Shown here one piece after another: positions 30,243-40,492 of a stretch of DNA of 64,000 bases. The translations under genes and the position numbers were made by a program. Source of the DNA: a bacterium (GTDB lineage Bacteria; Electryoneota; Electryoneia; Electryoneales; Electryoneaceae); the NCBI GenBank assembly GCA_963669175.1, contig OY769902.1:5152001-5216000 (forward strand), read 5' to 3'. A model generated the notes under the pieces. That model was not told where the DNA came from, made no database searches, and saw only the letters and a list, made by a program, of their open reading frames with translations. Numbering within the stretch: position 1 is the first letter of the stretch; every line of letters begins with the position of its first letter.

Positions 30243-31076
30243 TTACTTCTTCAGGCTTTTGAGTACCCGTAAATCTTCTGCGTATTTCGCTTCACCTTCG
30301 GGTGTCTCAAGGATGGCGGGTACTTTGGCGAATCGTTCATCATTCATTAACCGCCGGAAAGGTTCCAGTCCCAGTAATCCCTCGCCGATCTGGTCATGAC
30401 GATCTACACGGCTTCCCAATGGCTTTTTCGTATCGTTGATATGAAATACCTGCAACCGGTCCAATCCAATGATCCGGTCGAATTCGCTAAAAACATCATC
30501 ATATTTTTGAAGAATATCATACCCCGCAGAATAGGCATGGCAGGTATCGAAACAAACTGCCAACCGTTCCGGCTCAGACGACAATTCGATCATCTGCGCG
30601 ATCTGTTCAAACGTATAGCCGAGGTTTGTGCCCTGCCCCGCTGTGATCTCAAGCGCGATCTTTGCCTTGTAGCCGGGCAAACGTGCGTGGATCTCGTTGA
30701 TGCTTTCCGCGATTTTCCTGATCCCCCACTCCTCGCCTTCCTTCAAGTGACTGCCCGGATGGGCCACCACATGGCTCAGCCCCAACTGCTCGGCACGCTC
30801 CAGCTCGTCAGTCAGGCCGTCAATCGATTTCTGCAACTTCTCCGGGTCCGGTGCGCAAAGATTGATCAGGTAGGAATCGTGAGAAACGGCATGCGTGATC
30901 CCGCAACGCTTGATCTCCTCATGCCAGCGCGTGATCTCCTTCTCCTCCAACGGCTTCGCTACCCATTGCCGCTGGTTCTTGGTGAAGACCGCGATAGCCG
31001 CTATCCCCAAGGCTTCCGCATTGGCCGGGGCGTTGGATACACCACCAACAGTTGAAACATGTGCGCCTAGAATCAT
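30243..31076 (-). CDS. nfo: Endonuclease IV
   Basis: 'GAHVS..GG', 'HDSYLINL', 'HPGS', 'EITAGQG', 'DTCH', 'DRH', 'ILETP'. Confidence 0.95.
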   Translation of the reverse strand: MILGAHVSTVGGVSNAPANAEALGIAAIAVFTKNQRQWVAKPLEEKEITRWHEEIKRCGITHAVSHDSYLINLCAPDPEKLQKSIDGLTDELERAEQLGLSHVVAHPGSHLKEGEEWGIRKIAESINEIHARLPGYKAKIALEITAGQGTNLGYTFEQIAQMIELSSEPERLAVCFDTCHAYSAGYDILQKYDDVFSEFDRIIGLDRLQVFHINDTKKPLGSRVDRHDQIGEGLLGLEPFRRLMNDERFAKVPAILETPEGEAKYAEDLRVLKSLKK

Positions 31077-31189
31077 GTGACTTCCTTACCAGCAAAACCG
31101 GGGACTGACCCTTTTGGGAAATCAGCCAATCCCTCAATATCATATCAATACAATGAAAATGAGGGTCTGTCCCCGGTTTCTGCTCTTTT

Positions 31190-31948
31190 TTACACCTCTA
31201 TCCCCAGGGGGCAATGATCCGAACCCATCACATCCGGCTCGATCCAGGCGTTCTTTACCTGGTCGACAAGGTTGTTGGATACGAAGAAATAATCGATACG
31301 CCAGCCGATGTTCCGGTCACGTGCGCGGGTACGCATGTCCCACCAGGTGTACTGTTCCGGCTGATCGTTGAAGTTACGGAATACATCGATGAAACCGGCC
31401 TCGATCCAACGGTCGATCCATTCACGTTCTTCCGGGAGGAAACCGCTGGTTTTCTCGTTGGCTTTCGGATGAGTCAGGTCGATGGGCTTGTGAGCCGTGT
31501 TGTAATCGCCAACCACGATCAGCTTTTTGCCATCGGCCAGCATCTCACTGAAATGCTTCAGGGTCGCTTCATAGAAATCCATTTTGTATTTCAGACGGGT
31601 GGCGTTCTGCCTGCCGTTGGGGTAATAAATATTGGCGATGATGAAATCCTCGAAATCGCTGATCAGGACTCGTCCTTCACGATCGAACTCTTCAATGCCA
31701 TAGCCCAACCAACTTATCACCGGCGGCTTTTTTGAGAAGGTGGCGACACCGCTGTAGCCCTTACGTTCCGGCTGGCTGAAGTCCACGTGATAACCATGCG
31801 GGGCAAGCTGATCTTTCGTGAGCTGCTCAGCCCACGCCTTGGTTTCCTGGATGCACAACACATCCGGTGACGCCTCCTTTAGCCAGTCCGCAAAACCCTT
31901 TTTCCATCCTGCACGATAGCCGTTCACGTTCCACGACAGCAGTTTCAT
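31190..31948 (-). CDS. xth: Exodeoxyribonuclease III
   Basis: 'SWNVNG', 'IQETK', 'GYSGVA', 'YYPNG', 'GDYNTAH', 'GWRIDY', 'GSDHCP'. Confidence 0.95.
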   Translation of the reverse strand: MKLLSWNVNGYRAGWKKGFADWLKEASPDVLCIQETKAWAEQLTKDQLAPHGYHVDFSQPERKGYSGVATFSKKPPVISWLGYGIEEFDREGRVLISDFEDFIIANIYYPNGRQNATRLKYKMDFYEATLKHFSEMLADGKKLIVVGDYNTAHKPIDLTHPKANEKTSGFLPEEREWIDRWIEAGFIDVFRNFNDQPEQYTWWDMRTRARDRNIGWRIDYFFVSNNLVDQVKNAWIEPDVMGSDHCPLGIEV

Positions 31949-31990
31949 CGTATATATCCTCTCAATGTTGTTCTGGACTTACTTCCTCTC

Positions 31991-32378
31991 CCAATTACAC
32001 CGGGCGCCAGCGCCCGGGCCACGCGAATTGTCGTCTCTTTTTTCATTTTTTCACTGTCTACTTTTTTTTACTTCGATATGTCATCCCCTCCCCGAATGCT
32101 GTTGTCGGGGATCAAACGGGGATATCGAGGATCAGTGTGCCGGCACTCCCGACTTGCTCACATGCCTTTCCGGTAATCCAGATTGTGTCAACATAGCCAC
32201 ATTTTCGAAAACGAATAAAGCAAACCCTGCAAGTCGGGCCAAACGGGACTGGCGTTTATTCAAGCATCCCCGGCCAGGCATGGCCGGGCTACGAGATTCC
32301 AATTACACCGGGCGCCAGCGCCCGGGCCACGCGACTTGTCGTCTCTTTTTTCATTTTTTCACTGTCTGCTTTTTTCAC
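31991..32378. repeat. ~78-bp direct repeats flanking a hairpin/REP cluster
   Basis: CCAATTACACCGGGCGCCAGCGCCCGGGCCACGCGA.TTGTCGTCTCTTTTTTCATTTTTTCACTGTCT at 31991 and 32299; inverted GTAG REP at 32269-32292. Confidence 0.85.
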
Positions 32379-32564
32379 TTCTTTCGAGAAATGTTAGCCC
32401 TGCTTTACTCCCCTTGAGAATACGACGCTATAAAGCTCAATGCAACGTCAGGCAGGCATTTCACGACTTCTCTTGTGCCATGAAATGAAGTATTTGAGCA
32501 GGGTGCAACCAACTGCGATCTCATTCATCTAAAAATTCAAACAACCAACATGAAGGTGATAAAG

Positions 32565-32825
32565 ATGGCAGTTCAAACCAGGCAAAGCAGTCGTGTGGTG
32601 GTGTTCAGCACACCGACCTGTTCATGGTGCCGGAAGCTGAAAACCTACCTGAAACAGAACCAGGTACGTTTCAAGGACGTGGATGTATCACGTGATGCCA
32701 ATGCCGCTCGTGACATCGCACGCCGTACCGGGCAGATGGGTGTCCCGGTCACCCTGATCAACAACCACCCCATCGTGGGCTTCGATAAGGCGCAAATCGA
32801 CCGGATGCTCGGTTTACGCGGGTAA
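32565..32825 (+). CDS. Glutaredoxin-like (NrdH/YruB) protein
   Basis: CSWC active site, 'TGQMGVPV', 'IVGFD'. Confidence 0.9.
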   Translation: MAVQTRQSSRVVVFSTPTCSWCRKLKTYLKQNQVRFKDVDVSRDANAARDIARRTGQMGVPVTLINNHPIVGFDKAQIDRMLGLRG

Positions 32826-32827
32826 AG

Positions 32828-33038
32828 AGCGAAGCAGTGAAGATTGGCCCCGCCGGCTTGAAGCATGCTGAAGCGAAACAGTGAAGATTGGCCCCGCCGG
32901 CTTGAAGCATGCTGAAGCGAAACAGTGAAGATTGGCCCCGCCGGCTTGAAGCATGCTGATGCGAAGCAGTGAAGATTGGCCCCGCCGGCTTGAAGCATGC
33001 TGAAGCGAAGCGGAAGCGGCTGCCCGGCGGGGTTTATT
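32828..33038 (+). repeat. Four tandem 44-bp units ending in a complete 63-bp palindromic repeat
   Basis: Unit AGCGAA(G/A)CAGTGAAGATTGGCCCCGCCGGCTTGAAGCATGCTGA; TTGGCCCC recurs at 32844, 32888, 32932, 32976. Confidence 0.92.
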
Positions 33039-33072
33039 CTTATTCAAGTAAGGAAGTCAGTCCTTAAGCAGT

Positions 33073-33135
33073 CAGCATTCAGCATTCAGCATTCAGCATT
33101 CAGCATTCAGCATTCCTCATTCCTAATTCCTAATT
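33073..33135 (+). repeat. Heptamer tandem repeat
   Basis: (CAGCATT)x6 followed by CCTCATT CCTAATT CCTAATT. Confidence 0.9.
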
Positions 33136-33388
33136 GCCGTACCAGGGTAGCCTTCTCCGGGGGCCCCAGGAGAACTTGCTCCTGCTTTCAGCTCCCAACC
33201 GTTGTTATATTTGCACTTTCATCGTGTAAAGGCCGGGTGCGCCCGGCCTTTTTGTAGAACAGCGGTGCAAGGCCGGGAAACAGTCGCCAGCGTATTCGGC
33301 GCAGGGTGATGGCGCATGAAGCAAACGTATCCCGGCATACGTAAACACAAACAACGACAACGCATACAAGCAATTTTGGGAGACAACC

Positions 33389-34507
33389 ATGGCCAAGTAC
33401 AAGATCGCCTGGCTGCCCGGAGATGGCGTAGGCAACGAAGTGATGGATTGCGCGAGGATGGTCCTCGACGCGATGAAGTTTGACGCGGAATACATTCACG
33501 GCGATATCGGCTGGGAATTCTGGAAAGCGGAGGGCGATCCTCTTCCCCAGCGTACGCTCGACATGATGAAGGATACCGACTGCGCGCTGTTCGGCGCTAT
33601 CACCAGCAAACCACGTGATGAAGCGGCCGAAGAGCTGGCCCCGGAACTGCGCGACAAGGGCTATGTCTACTTCAGCCCGATCGTCCGTCTGCGCCAGGAA
33701 CTGAACCTGCACACAAACATCCGTCCCTGCAAGGCTTATCCCGGCAACCCCCTGAACTACAAGGAAGGGATTGACCTGGTCGTGTTCCGCGAGAACACGG
33801 AGGGTCTTTACGGCGGCGTGGAATTCCACCCGATCCCGGAAGAAGTCATGGACGTGCTGGTCAAGCATCACCCGAAAGCGAAAACCTTTGCGGTGCATCC
33901 CCTTGATGATATCGCCATCAGCACACGCATCATGACCCGCAAGGGCTGCTCGAGTATCGTACGTGGCGCCTTCGAATTTGCGAAGAAGATGAACCGTAAA
34001 TCGGTGACAGTCGTTGACAAGCCGAACGTCCTTCGTGAGACCGGCGGCCTGATGGTCCGTACCGCTCGTGAGATCGCGAAAGACTATCCCGGCATCGACC
34101 TGTGGGAAACCAACATCGACGCGCAGGCCATGTGGCTGGTCAAGAACCCGTTCGACTACGATGTCCTGGTCGCAGAAAACATGTTCGGTGACATCCTGTC
34201 CGACCTGGCCGCACAGTTGGTCGGTGGCCTCGGTTTCGCCGCTGCGGGTAACATTGGCGACAACTACGCCGTGTTCGAACCTACCCACGGCAGCGCTCCG
34301 AAATACTTCGGCATGAACAAGGTCAACCCGATCGCCATGCTGATCAGCACCCGCATGATGATCGAATGGCTGGGCGAGCTGGAAGAAGCCGACCGTCTCG
34401 AGAAAGCCATCGCGAAGACCATCGCCGACGGCAAGGTCCGTACCTACGACATGGGCGGCAGCAACACCAATATTGAAGTCGCTGAAGAAGTGGCGAAGAA
34501 TTTGTAA
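33389..34507 (+). CDS. Isocitrate/isopropylmalate/homoisocitrate dehydrogenase family protein
   Basis: 'PGDGVGNEV', 'RENTEGLY', 'DKPNVL', '[10 protein letters not shown]', '[10 protein letters not shown]', 'TYDMGG'. Substrate not assignable by eye. Confidence 0.92.
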   Translation: MAKYKIAWLPGDGVGNEVMDCARMVLDAMKFDAEYIHGDIGWEFWKAEGDPLPQRTLDMMKDTDCALFGAITSKPRDEAAEELAPELRDKGYVYFSPIVRLRQELNLHTNIRPCKAYPGNPLNYKEGIDLVVFRENTEGLYGGVEFHPIPEEVMDVLVKHHPKAKTFAVHPLDDIAISTRIMTRKGCSSIVRGAFEFAKKMNRKSVTVVDKPNVLRETGGLMVRTAREIAKDYPGIDLWETNIDAQAMWLVKNPFDYDVLVAENMFGDILSDLAAQLVGGLGFAAAGNIGDNYAVFEPTHGSAPKYFGMNKVNPIAMLISTRMMIEWLGELEEADRLEKAIAKTIADGKVRTYDMGGSNTNIEVAEEVAKNL

Positions 34508-34535
34508 AAATAGTAACGCAGAAGCAAGATATTTC

Positions 34536-34570
34536 ATGAGGCGGCCAGCAGGTCGCCTCATTTGTTTTCT
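34536..34570 (+). terminator. Probable terminator
   Basis: ATGAGGCGGCC-AGCA-GGTCGCCTCAT-TTGTTTT after the stop at 34507. Confidence 0.65.
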
Positions 34571-34795
34571 TCTTCGCACTACAAATCAGAGTTCTTTGGT
34601 TTACGACCAAAATATCAATGAGGTAGACAGGCTCCTTACATTCCGTTGCTTCAAACTCTGGAAAACGAAATCATATCGTATTAGCTTGTTTTGCCGATTG
34701 CGGTATGCTAGTTTTCCAATAAATGAGAAGTAGAATCATCCTACAGGCTTATTTATTGTTTTTTTAACATTTCCCTGACCACTTGGGACATTACG

Positions 34796-36202
34796 ATGAT
34801 TTGGCAACACCTTGGCTTCTCGAAGAACATTTTCTTTATCGAACCACTCATGCCCATTGAGGATGAGATTGGCTTGTTTGCCGGTCGTGAGAATGATATA
34901 AAGAAGTTTATCTTTGATGTTTTCAACGACACCCGCGCTTTGAAAATAGTATCTGGCGAACTTGGGGTCGGAAAAACAACATTTGTAAATGCTTGTCAAT
35001 ATTATTCCTATTCACAGAATTATCCTATAAAAATGGACTTTCCGACACCAAGACTCCTCCCATGCTACGAGAAAATCCAGGTCCGTGACGCCGACACCCT
35101 CGATGATATTGTGCAGAAAGCAATCGTCGCTGTAAGCAGAAGTATCGTCATTCATTGTGACAATGTGGGTATCAAAGCTCCGAAGAAGGCCAAGGAGATA
35201 TTATCTTATTTTCTGGATTTGACTATCAGCACAGGCGGGGCTTCTATTGGAGGTAGTTTTACAGTATTGGGGACAGGTGGTGGTGTTTCCGGAGCAACCG
35301 GAACATCGTCAGCAAATGTTCTCAGGGATGCGAAATATTACCTGAATGAGCTTTCGCAAATCGTACGAGACCAGCTAGAATTGGATGGCTTGTTCATCCT
35401 GATCAACAACCTTGATATTCTGAGTAATAAAAAACTTGTGATGTTCCTAAATGAAGCCAGGGATGAGATTTTTGACATTGATCATATCTATTGGATTTTA
35501 ATCGGAAGAAAAGGGATTGGCAGCATTATCGCGAGTGAATCGGATAGAGTCACTGACTATTTGTCCGGGACCGAAAGCTATCTGGCTCCACTTGATTTTG
35601 ATACTTTGAAGCGAATTATCCACTTGCGGTCCGAAAGACATTCCATTTCAAAGGACAGCAAAATACCATTATCAGATAAAATCATCAGAACATTTCACTA
35701 TCTGTCCTTGAAAGAGACCAGAGAAACTCTGAAAATTTGCGGAGAAATAACCAAAAGAGTTATTCAAATTGATCCATCAATAAAAATAATTCCGGACGAG
35801 ATTGCATTACAAGCATTCGTCCGGTACGCTTATGATTGCACAAAAGACCTTGATTTGAATGAACCGCAGCAAAATGTATTGAAAGCTGTTTATGCAAAAC
35901 GTAGCTGTCGCCCTAAAGACTTCGCTCAGTATGGCTACGGCTCCAGCCAGGGATTCATTGGGGCGCTGAAAGGTTTGGTCCACAAACGACTGCTCACAGT
36001 GGAAGAACGTGGACGCGCACGCATCTATAAACTAACCGGTATGACCGTACTGTCGGCCATTACTGGCGCACTGGGGACAGATATCCAGAAAGAAGCAGAA
36101 GATACTCTTACCAGGGATTTCAGAGAAGGTCACATGCCTGGTGCAGATAACTTCTTTGATGCACAACTTAGCTTGGATTTTGAAGAAGATACAGAAGTAT
36201 AG
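34796..36202 (+). CDS. P-loop NTPase (AAA+/Cdc6-like) with C-terminal winged helix
   Basis: 'FAGRE', Walker A GELGVGKT, atypical Walker B 'FILINNLD', C-terminal 'LKGLVHKRLL...GRARIYKLT'; lower GC than its neighbours. Confidence 0.7.
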   Translation: MIWQHLGFSKNIFFIEPLMPIEDEIGLFAGRENDIKKFIFDVFNDTRALKIVSGELGVGKTTFVNACQYYSYSQNYPIKMDFPTPRLLPCYEKIQVRDADTLDDIVQKAIVAVSRSIVIHCDNVGIKAPKKAKEILSYFLDLTISTGGASIGGSFTVLGTGGGVSGATGTSSANVLRDAKYYLNELSQIVRDQLELDGLFILINNLDILSNKKLVMFLNEARDEIFDIDHIYWILIGRKGIGSIIASESDRVTDYLSGTESYLAPLDFDTLKRIIHLRSERHSISKDSKIPLSDKIIRTFHYLSLKETRETLKICGEITKRVIQIDPSIKIIPDEIALQAFVRYAYDCTKDLDLNEPQQNVLKAVYAKRSCRPKDFAQYGYGSSQGFIGALKGLVHKRLLTVEERGRARIYKLTGMTVLSAITGALGTDIQKEAEDTLTRDFREGHMPGADNFFDAQLSLDFEEDTEV

Positions 36203-36209
36203 CACATTG

Positions 36210-39200
36210 TCAACTTAACAATACAACTTTTTGTGTATTATGATATGCTTTATTACCCTTTCTGCTGATATCAATAGACACAAAATACACTCCACTGCTG
36301 ACAGGCCTGTCGCTTTGTGTTGCGCTATTCCACGTCACCACCTGCCGTCCCGCGCCAAGTTGCCCTAGCGAACGCCGGGCAACCTGTTGCCCAAGGATGT
36401 TGAACACGGTCAGGGTGACTTCACTGGGCTGTTTCAGTTCCAACGGGATCATGATGGTTGAGTTGAACGGGTTGGGATAACCGGGTAGCATGGCGTCTTC
36501 TGTGGGTAGAGCCGCCTCTTCCAATCCAGGTGCAGGCCAGCTCGGGTCAAATGGCAACGCGCCACGATCCGACCGTGATCCATCCGGATCCGGAGGAAAC
36601 TCCGGATCACCGGTGTCTATACAGGGCGACTCCGGTTGAAGTCGATAGTCCCCGTTTTCCGCATCGACAAACAGTGGATCACCACACTGATTCTCTGTAC
36701 TATCCAGTGTCGCTCTATCCACATTATGAATTATATCACTATCAACAAATTGGTTGTAGCTGATCCTGACATTTCGTACCCCTTCCATAAAACTAGAGTA
36801 AAACACATATTGATCGACATCAATTATATTGTTTGTTATCTTATATGTTACATTATCCTCATTTTCATTAGTGTCATTAACAAAATATCTACCATTTATA
36901 CAGGTATTATTTATCAATATACTATTACAATGTGATTCTAGCGCTTCATCATACGCATAAAACATATATACATCCCTGCTGATATTATTGTTTATGTGTA
37001 TGTATGAATATTGCATAAAATCATTATCGATATGTACTCCAAACAATAAATTATTCATTGTATTATTACTGTAATATACTCTATTATTACTATACATGGT
37101 CACACTTAGCGCTGTTTTGCAATCTGTAAAATCACACGAATCTACAACAGTGTTTACCATGATTCCACGTATTGCACAATCCGCTATATCATAAAATGAA
37201 CAATTCCGGATTATGCAATTTCTTTTCATTGCCACACCTATTGCTAACCCAATATTTCCGCAGTGGTTGAACCGGCTGTCAAGCAGTGTGGCCTGGTCAC
37301 TGGGATCCAGCACACAATAGCGCCAATAATAGGATACCCGGCAATGCGACAGGTTGATATCCCGGTACTGTTCCAGCCACAATGGTTGAAGAGCATGTTC
37401 GATCACAAGATAATCCAGGTTGAGGATGCCATCACCTTCAGCGTAGATCCCCTGCCAGGCATCCACGGCCGAAGAGGTCGCGCTACGGAAGTAAATGGAA
37501 TCCTCCGCTGTTCCCGCCAAGGTTACCGTCCCATAGATGTCAAATCCGACCAGAGCCCCAAGATCGTGGGTATCACGGAACAACAGCTCTACGCCGGGAT
37601 CGATGGTCAACTGGTCCCGTTCATTGACATAAATCGTATTGCTGATATAGACAGGTGATTCCGCAATGGATAGCCTGCCTGACACCGGCCCTTCCAGTTG
37701 ACTGCGGCAGACACGGACGTGTACGGTTGCCCGTTCTGCGCTATCTGCGGGGGTGTCGTACTGAAGCACGAACAGGAAATCTTCCGCGTCTTCCGGAACC
37801 ATTCCTGTCAGCACCAGGGAGTCTTCCACAGCGTCCAGCTCATCTTCTTCATGTTCCACATGCAACCAGACCGGGTAGTTCAGGTAGGAGATGTTGATAG
37901 CATCGCCATCGTCTGTAGCGCGTGCCGCATAACGGAACATATGACCGGTCACGGCTATGCCTTTACGAGGAGCATCATACACCGGGCTGTGATTGATCCG
38001 GTGATCAAAATAGAAAGCACCGATATCGGGCGGGCTGCCATCCGGATCATAGTTAAAATTGGCGTGCCCGGCATCAATCAATGGCGATACCGCCTGAAGC
38101 GTCAGGTCACCGTTGGCAAGATCAGTGACACGAGGATCGCCTGTGTAATTGTCGAAACCAGGATCAGGGCCGCCGATCATTTCGCCGACGCTGAAAAACC
38201 AGTTGTTACGGAGAATAACCGGGGTGGTCTCATCAAAATACATCCCATAATTCGTAGCATGGTCGCCATACCCGATAACCAGGTTATTGTAGATCGAGGG
38301 AGAACCACCTTCGGCAAAAGTAATGACGGCCTGTTCCGGCCATGCTAAGTAAGGTCTAAAGTCGGTGGAATTGTTTACATAATCGCCGTCAAATCCATAA
38401 AATTGTTGCCCACCCCTAATCAGATTATGAGAAATCAATGAAGAAGAAAGATACCAGCAATTTAATTCGCCATCAACGATATTGTTTTGAAATGTTGCCT
38501 GGCCACCTTGTATGTTCACTGATGTTGGATCATACCTGTTATTTTCCAAAGGATCTCCCAAATATTCAAACGTATTATTCATTATAGTAACTTCGGTATT
38601 GCCTTCAGATCGACTACTAAATGTGCAGATCCTGGAATTCTCTACTAGCGTTGATTGTGTGTTATATACATATATATCCTTTATACAACTGTTTATAACT
38701 ACAATATTACCTGAATCAAAAATGCTAATACGTCCGTTATCCATCACAAGACTATCTACAGATAGAGCAGCAGCATGAGAAACAAAAAAAGAAGAATTCA
38801 CACAAGCACTTCCAATTGTCACATTTGTGATGTCAGCGACACTGCCATAATTCACAAGGGTTTCAAAAATGTTAGAATTTATGCTCAGGTCTTCTAAAAG
38901 CAGGTAGCCACCCGTTTGAGCAATAAAACAGGCCTGATCCCATGGCCATATGTGCGGAAATGAACATTGGCGAATTTCGATTTCGGTACTGGTATCATCA
39001 GCAAAGAAATAGACTGTACCTTCCATCCGGCAGTAGCGAAACAGGCTGGGATTGCTGGTTCCATATTGCCTGAATTCAAAATAACTCATCTCCTCATCTG
39101 CGACATGGAAATAAATCGAATCACCCTCCTGCCCATTGGCGGTTATCTGGCCTTGAATGGCGATGAAGACGGTTGACGTCTCACTATCAAGGATGACTTC

Positions 39201-39458
39201 CACCCCAGGATTGATCACCAGGTTCGATACCGAAAGATCACCCGTCACGATATAGGGACTGCCCTCAACCGTCCAAGTGCCGGATACTGCACCGGATACG
39301 TAGGTCTCGGCATTCAGAATGAAAGGAATAAGAAAAGAAAACACAACGAGATGGAAGAATCGAAGACGAAAAAAATAAAATAAACGAAAGAGGACTTCAG
39401 GCGTGAATGTGCGTTGTGCAGGCAACAAATCACGTTTTCTGAATAGCATGTAAGTCAT
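36210..39458 (-). CDS. Secreted right-handed beta-helix repeat protein (two repeats of the module) with T9SS/FlgD domain
   Basis: 'VSGTWT..GSPYIV.GD', two 'SP.IDxG...DPDGS..D.GA' modules, 'YPNPFNS', 'SSGVYF'. Start codon uncertain. Confidence 0.8.
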   Translation of the reverse strand: MTYMLFRKRDLLPAQRTFTPEVLFRLFYFFRLRFFHLVVFSFLIPFILNAETYVSGAVSGTWTVEGSPYIVTGDLSVSNLVINPGVEVILDSETSTVFIAIQGQITANGQEGDSIYFHVADEEMSYFEFRQYGTSNPSLFRYCRMEGTVYFFADDTSTEIEIRQCSFPHIWPWDQACFIAQTGGYLLLEDLSINSNIFETLVNYGSVADITNVTIGSACVNSSFFVSHAAALSVDSLVMDNGRISIFDSGNIVVINSCIKDIYVYNTQSTLVENSRICTFSSRSEGNTEVTIMNNTFEYLGDPLENNRYDPTSVNIQGGQATFQNNIVDGELNCWYLSSSLISHNLIRGGQQFYGFDGDYVNNSTDFRPYLAWPEQAVITFAEGGSPSIYNNLVIGYGDHATNYGMYFDETTPVILRNNWFFSVGEMIGGPDPGFDNYTGDPRVTDLANGDLTLQAVSPLIDAGHANFNYDPDGSPPDIGAFYFDHRINHSPVYDAPRKGIAVTGHMFRYAARATDDGDAINISYLNYPVWLHVEHEEDELDAVEDSLVLTGMVPEDAEDFLFVLQYDTPADSAERATVHVRVCRSQLEGPVSGRLSIAESPVYISNTIYVNERDQLTIDPGVELLFRDTHDLGALVGFDIYGTVTLAGTAEDSIYFRSATSSAVDAWQGIYAEGDGILNLDYLVIEHALQPLWLEQYRDINLSHCRVSYYWRYCVLDPSDQATLLDSRFNHCGNIGLAIGVAMKRNCIIRNCSFYDIADCAIRGIMVNTVVDSCDFTDCKTALSVTMYSNNRVYYSNNTMNNLLFGVHIDNDFMQYSYIHINNNISRDVYMFYAYDEALESHCNSILINNTCINGRYFVNDTNENEDNVTYKITNNIIDVDQYVFYSSFMEGVRNVRISYNQFVDSDIIHNVDRATLDSTENQCGDPLFVDAENGDYRLQPESPCIDTGDPEFPPDPDGSRSDRGALPFDPSWPAPGLEEAALPTEDAMLPGYPNPFNSTIMIPLELKQPSEVTLTVFNILGQQVARRSLGQLGAGRQVVTWNSATQSDRPVSSGVYFVSIDISRKGNKAYHNTQKVVLLS

Positions 39459-40399
39459 TAAGCCTCCCTTTACACCGTGCTGGGAAAACGTATGCGTGCT
39501 TATAAACTATAATGCAAATATTTCAATAGTCAAGAGAATATCGAGTAAACTATAATAATTTTCAAATTACTCTGGCTCTTACAAAGACCTGATAGCTTAA
39601 ACTTAGAATTTATATATACTTTAGACATTATCGACATGGTTAAACAGCTAATAACAATACACTTATGTGATATAACAATAAGTAAACAATAAGAAAATTG
39701 GATATTGAGAGTTTTAATTAAAACTCATTGGATTCATATCATAGATAGAATAGTATAATTGTTATCAGTTAATAAGCTATTATATATAATATAAGTGTTA
39801 TTACAGAATAAATAAATCATATATAACAGATAATAGGATTTTAGGTGCTTCGCTGTTTCGTGTGGGGTAAAGAAATTCGGCTGCTCACAAGAATTTGTGC
39901 ATATTATCGAAGAGTACGTTTCGTCAGGTCTTGACGTGATGCCTTTTTCTTGTTCTTCTCCGCAATTTTAGACACATGTCCGACTTCACAGATGCTATTT
40001 TACATGATAGATCGTCATCAGGCATCACGTTGTGACCTGACGACAGCGAGAATGCAAATACCGGTGGCAGGTCACAACGCGACAATAACAGGACGAGCGG
40101 TGTTTCAGCATCATCGTGCATTCAGAAAAACATAGCGAAAGCCGAAAACAGAATGTCGCGTCAAGACCTGCCACAACATTGCCCGGATGCACAAATTCTT
40201 GTGAGGAACCAGAAATTCATACTGTAATGCGATTCGACAATAGTATTACGAGTCGTTGCATTGGGATCAGTCTCTGTGGTCTGGTTCCATTGCATGTCCA
40301 CCGAAGGTGGGCCACTTGAATAGCGTGGTGTAACGGTTGGATCAGCCCCATTTTTTCACTGGCAATGCGTACAATATGGCACCCATTTTCCGCTCCCTC

Positions 40400-40428
40400 T
40401 TGCCCCCCGCAACGGTTTGTGGTATACT
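40400..40428 (+). promoter_or_regulatory. Sigma70-type promoter of the proS operon
   Basis: TTGCCC-17 bp-TATACT with extended TG, ~65 bp upstream of proS. Confidence 0.6.
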
Positions 40429-40492
40429 TAAAAGTTTAGCGCCTTTGCGGCAGGTAGTCGGGAAACCACGAACTTAGCGATACGGAACCACC

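Noticed and set aside
32828-33010. Possible CRISPR array
   Set aside because: The 44-bp units are contiguous with no unique spacers, and no cas genes are in the window.
12520-34507. Alpha-aminoadipate lysine biosynthesis inferred from the LKR-like enzyme plus a possible homoisocitrate dehydrogenase
   Set aside because: The genes are unlinked, substrate specificity cannot be read by eye, and the LKR-like enzyme may be catabolic.
33188-34579. 463-aa minus-strand ORF
   Set aside because: Antisense shadow of the codon-biased dehydrogenase gene. The same applies to 42509-43357, 62592-63296, 9279-10292 and similar ORFs.
36720-37260. Diversity-generating retroelement variable region
   Set aside because: No template repeat or reverse transcriptase in the window; retained only as a compositional observation.
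39480-39850. AT-rich stretch as replication origin
   Set aside because: No DnaA-box cluster or dnaA/gidA context seen; more likely the regulatory region of the AT-rich secreted-protein gene.
40200-40490. T-box riboswitch upstream of proS
   Set aside because: No T-box consensus or terminator, and the promoter is only ~65 bp from the start codon.
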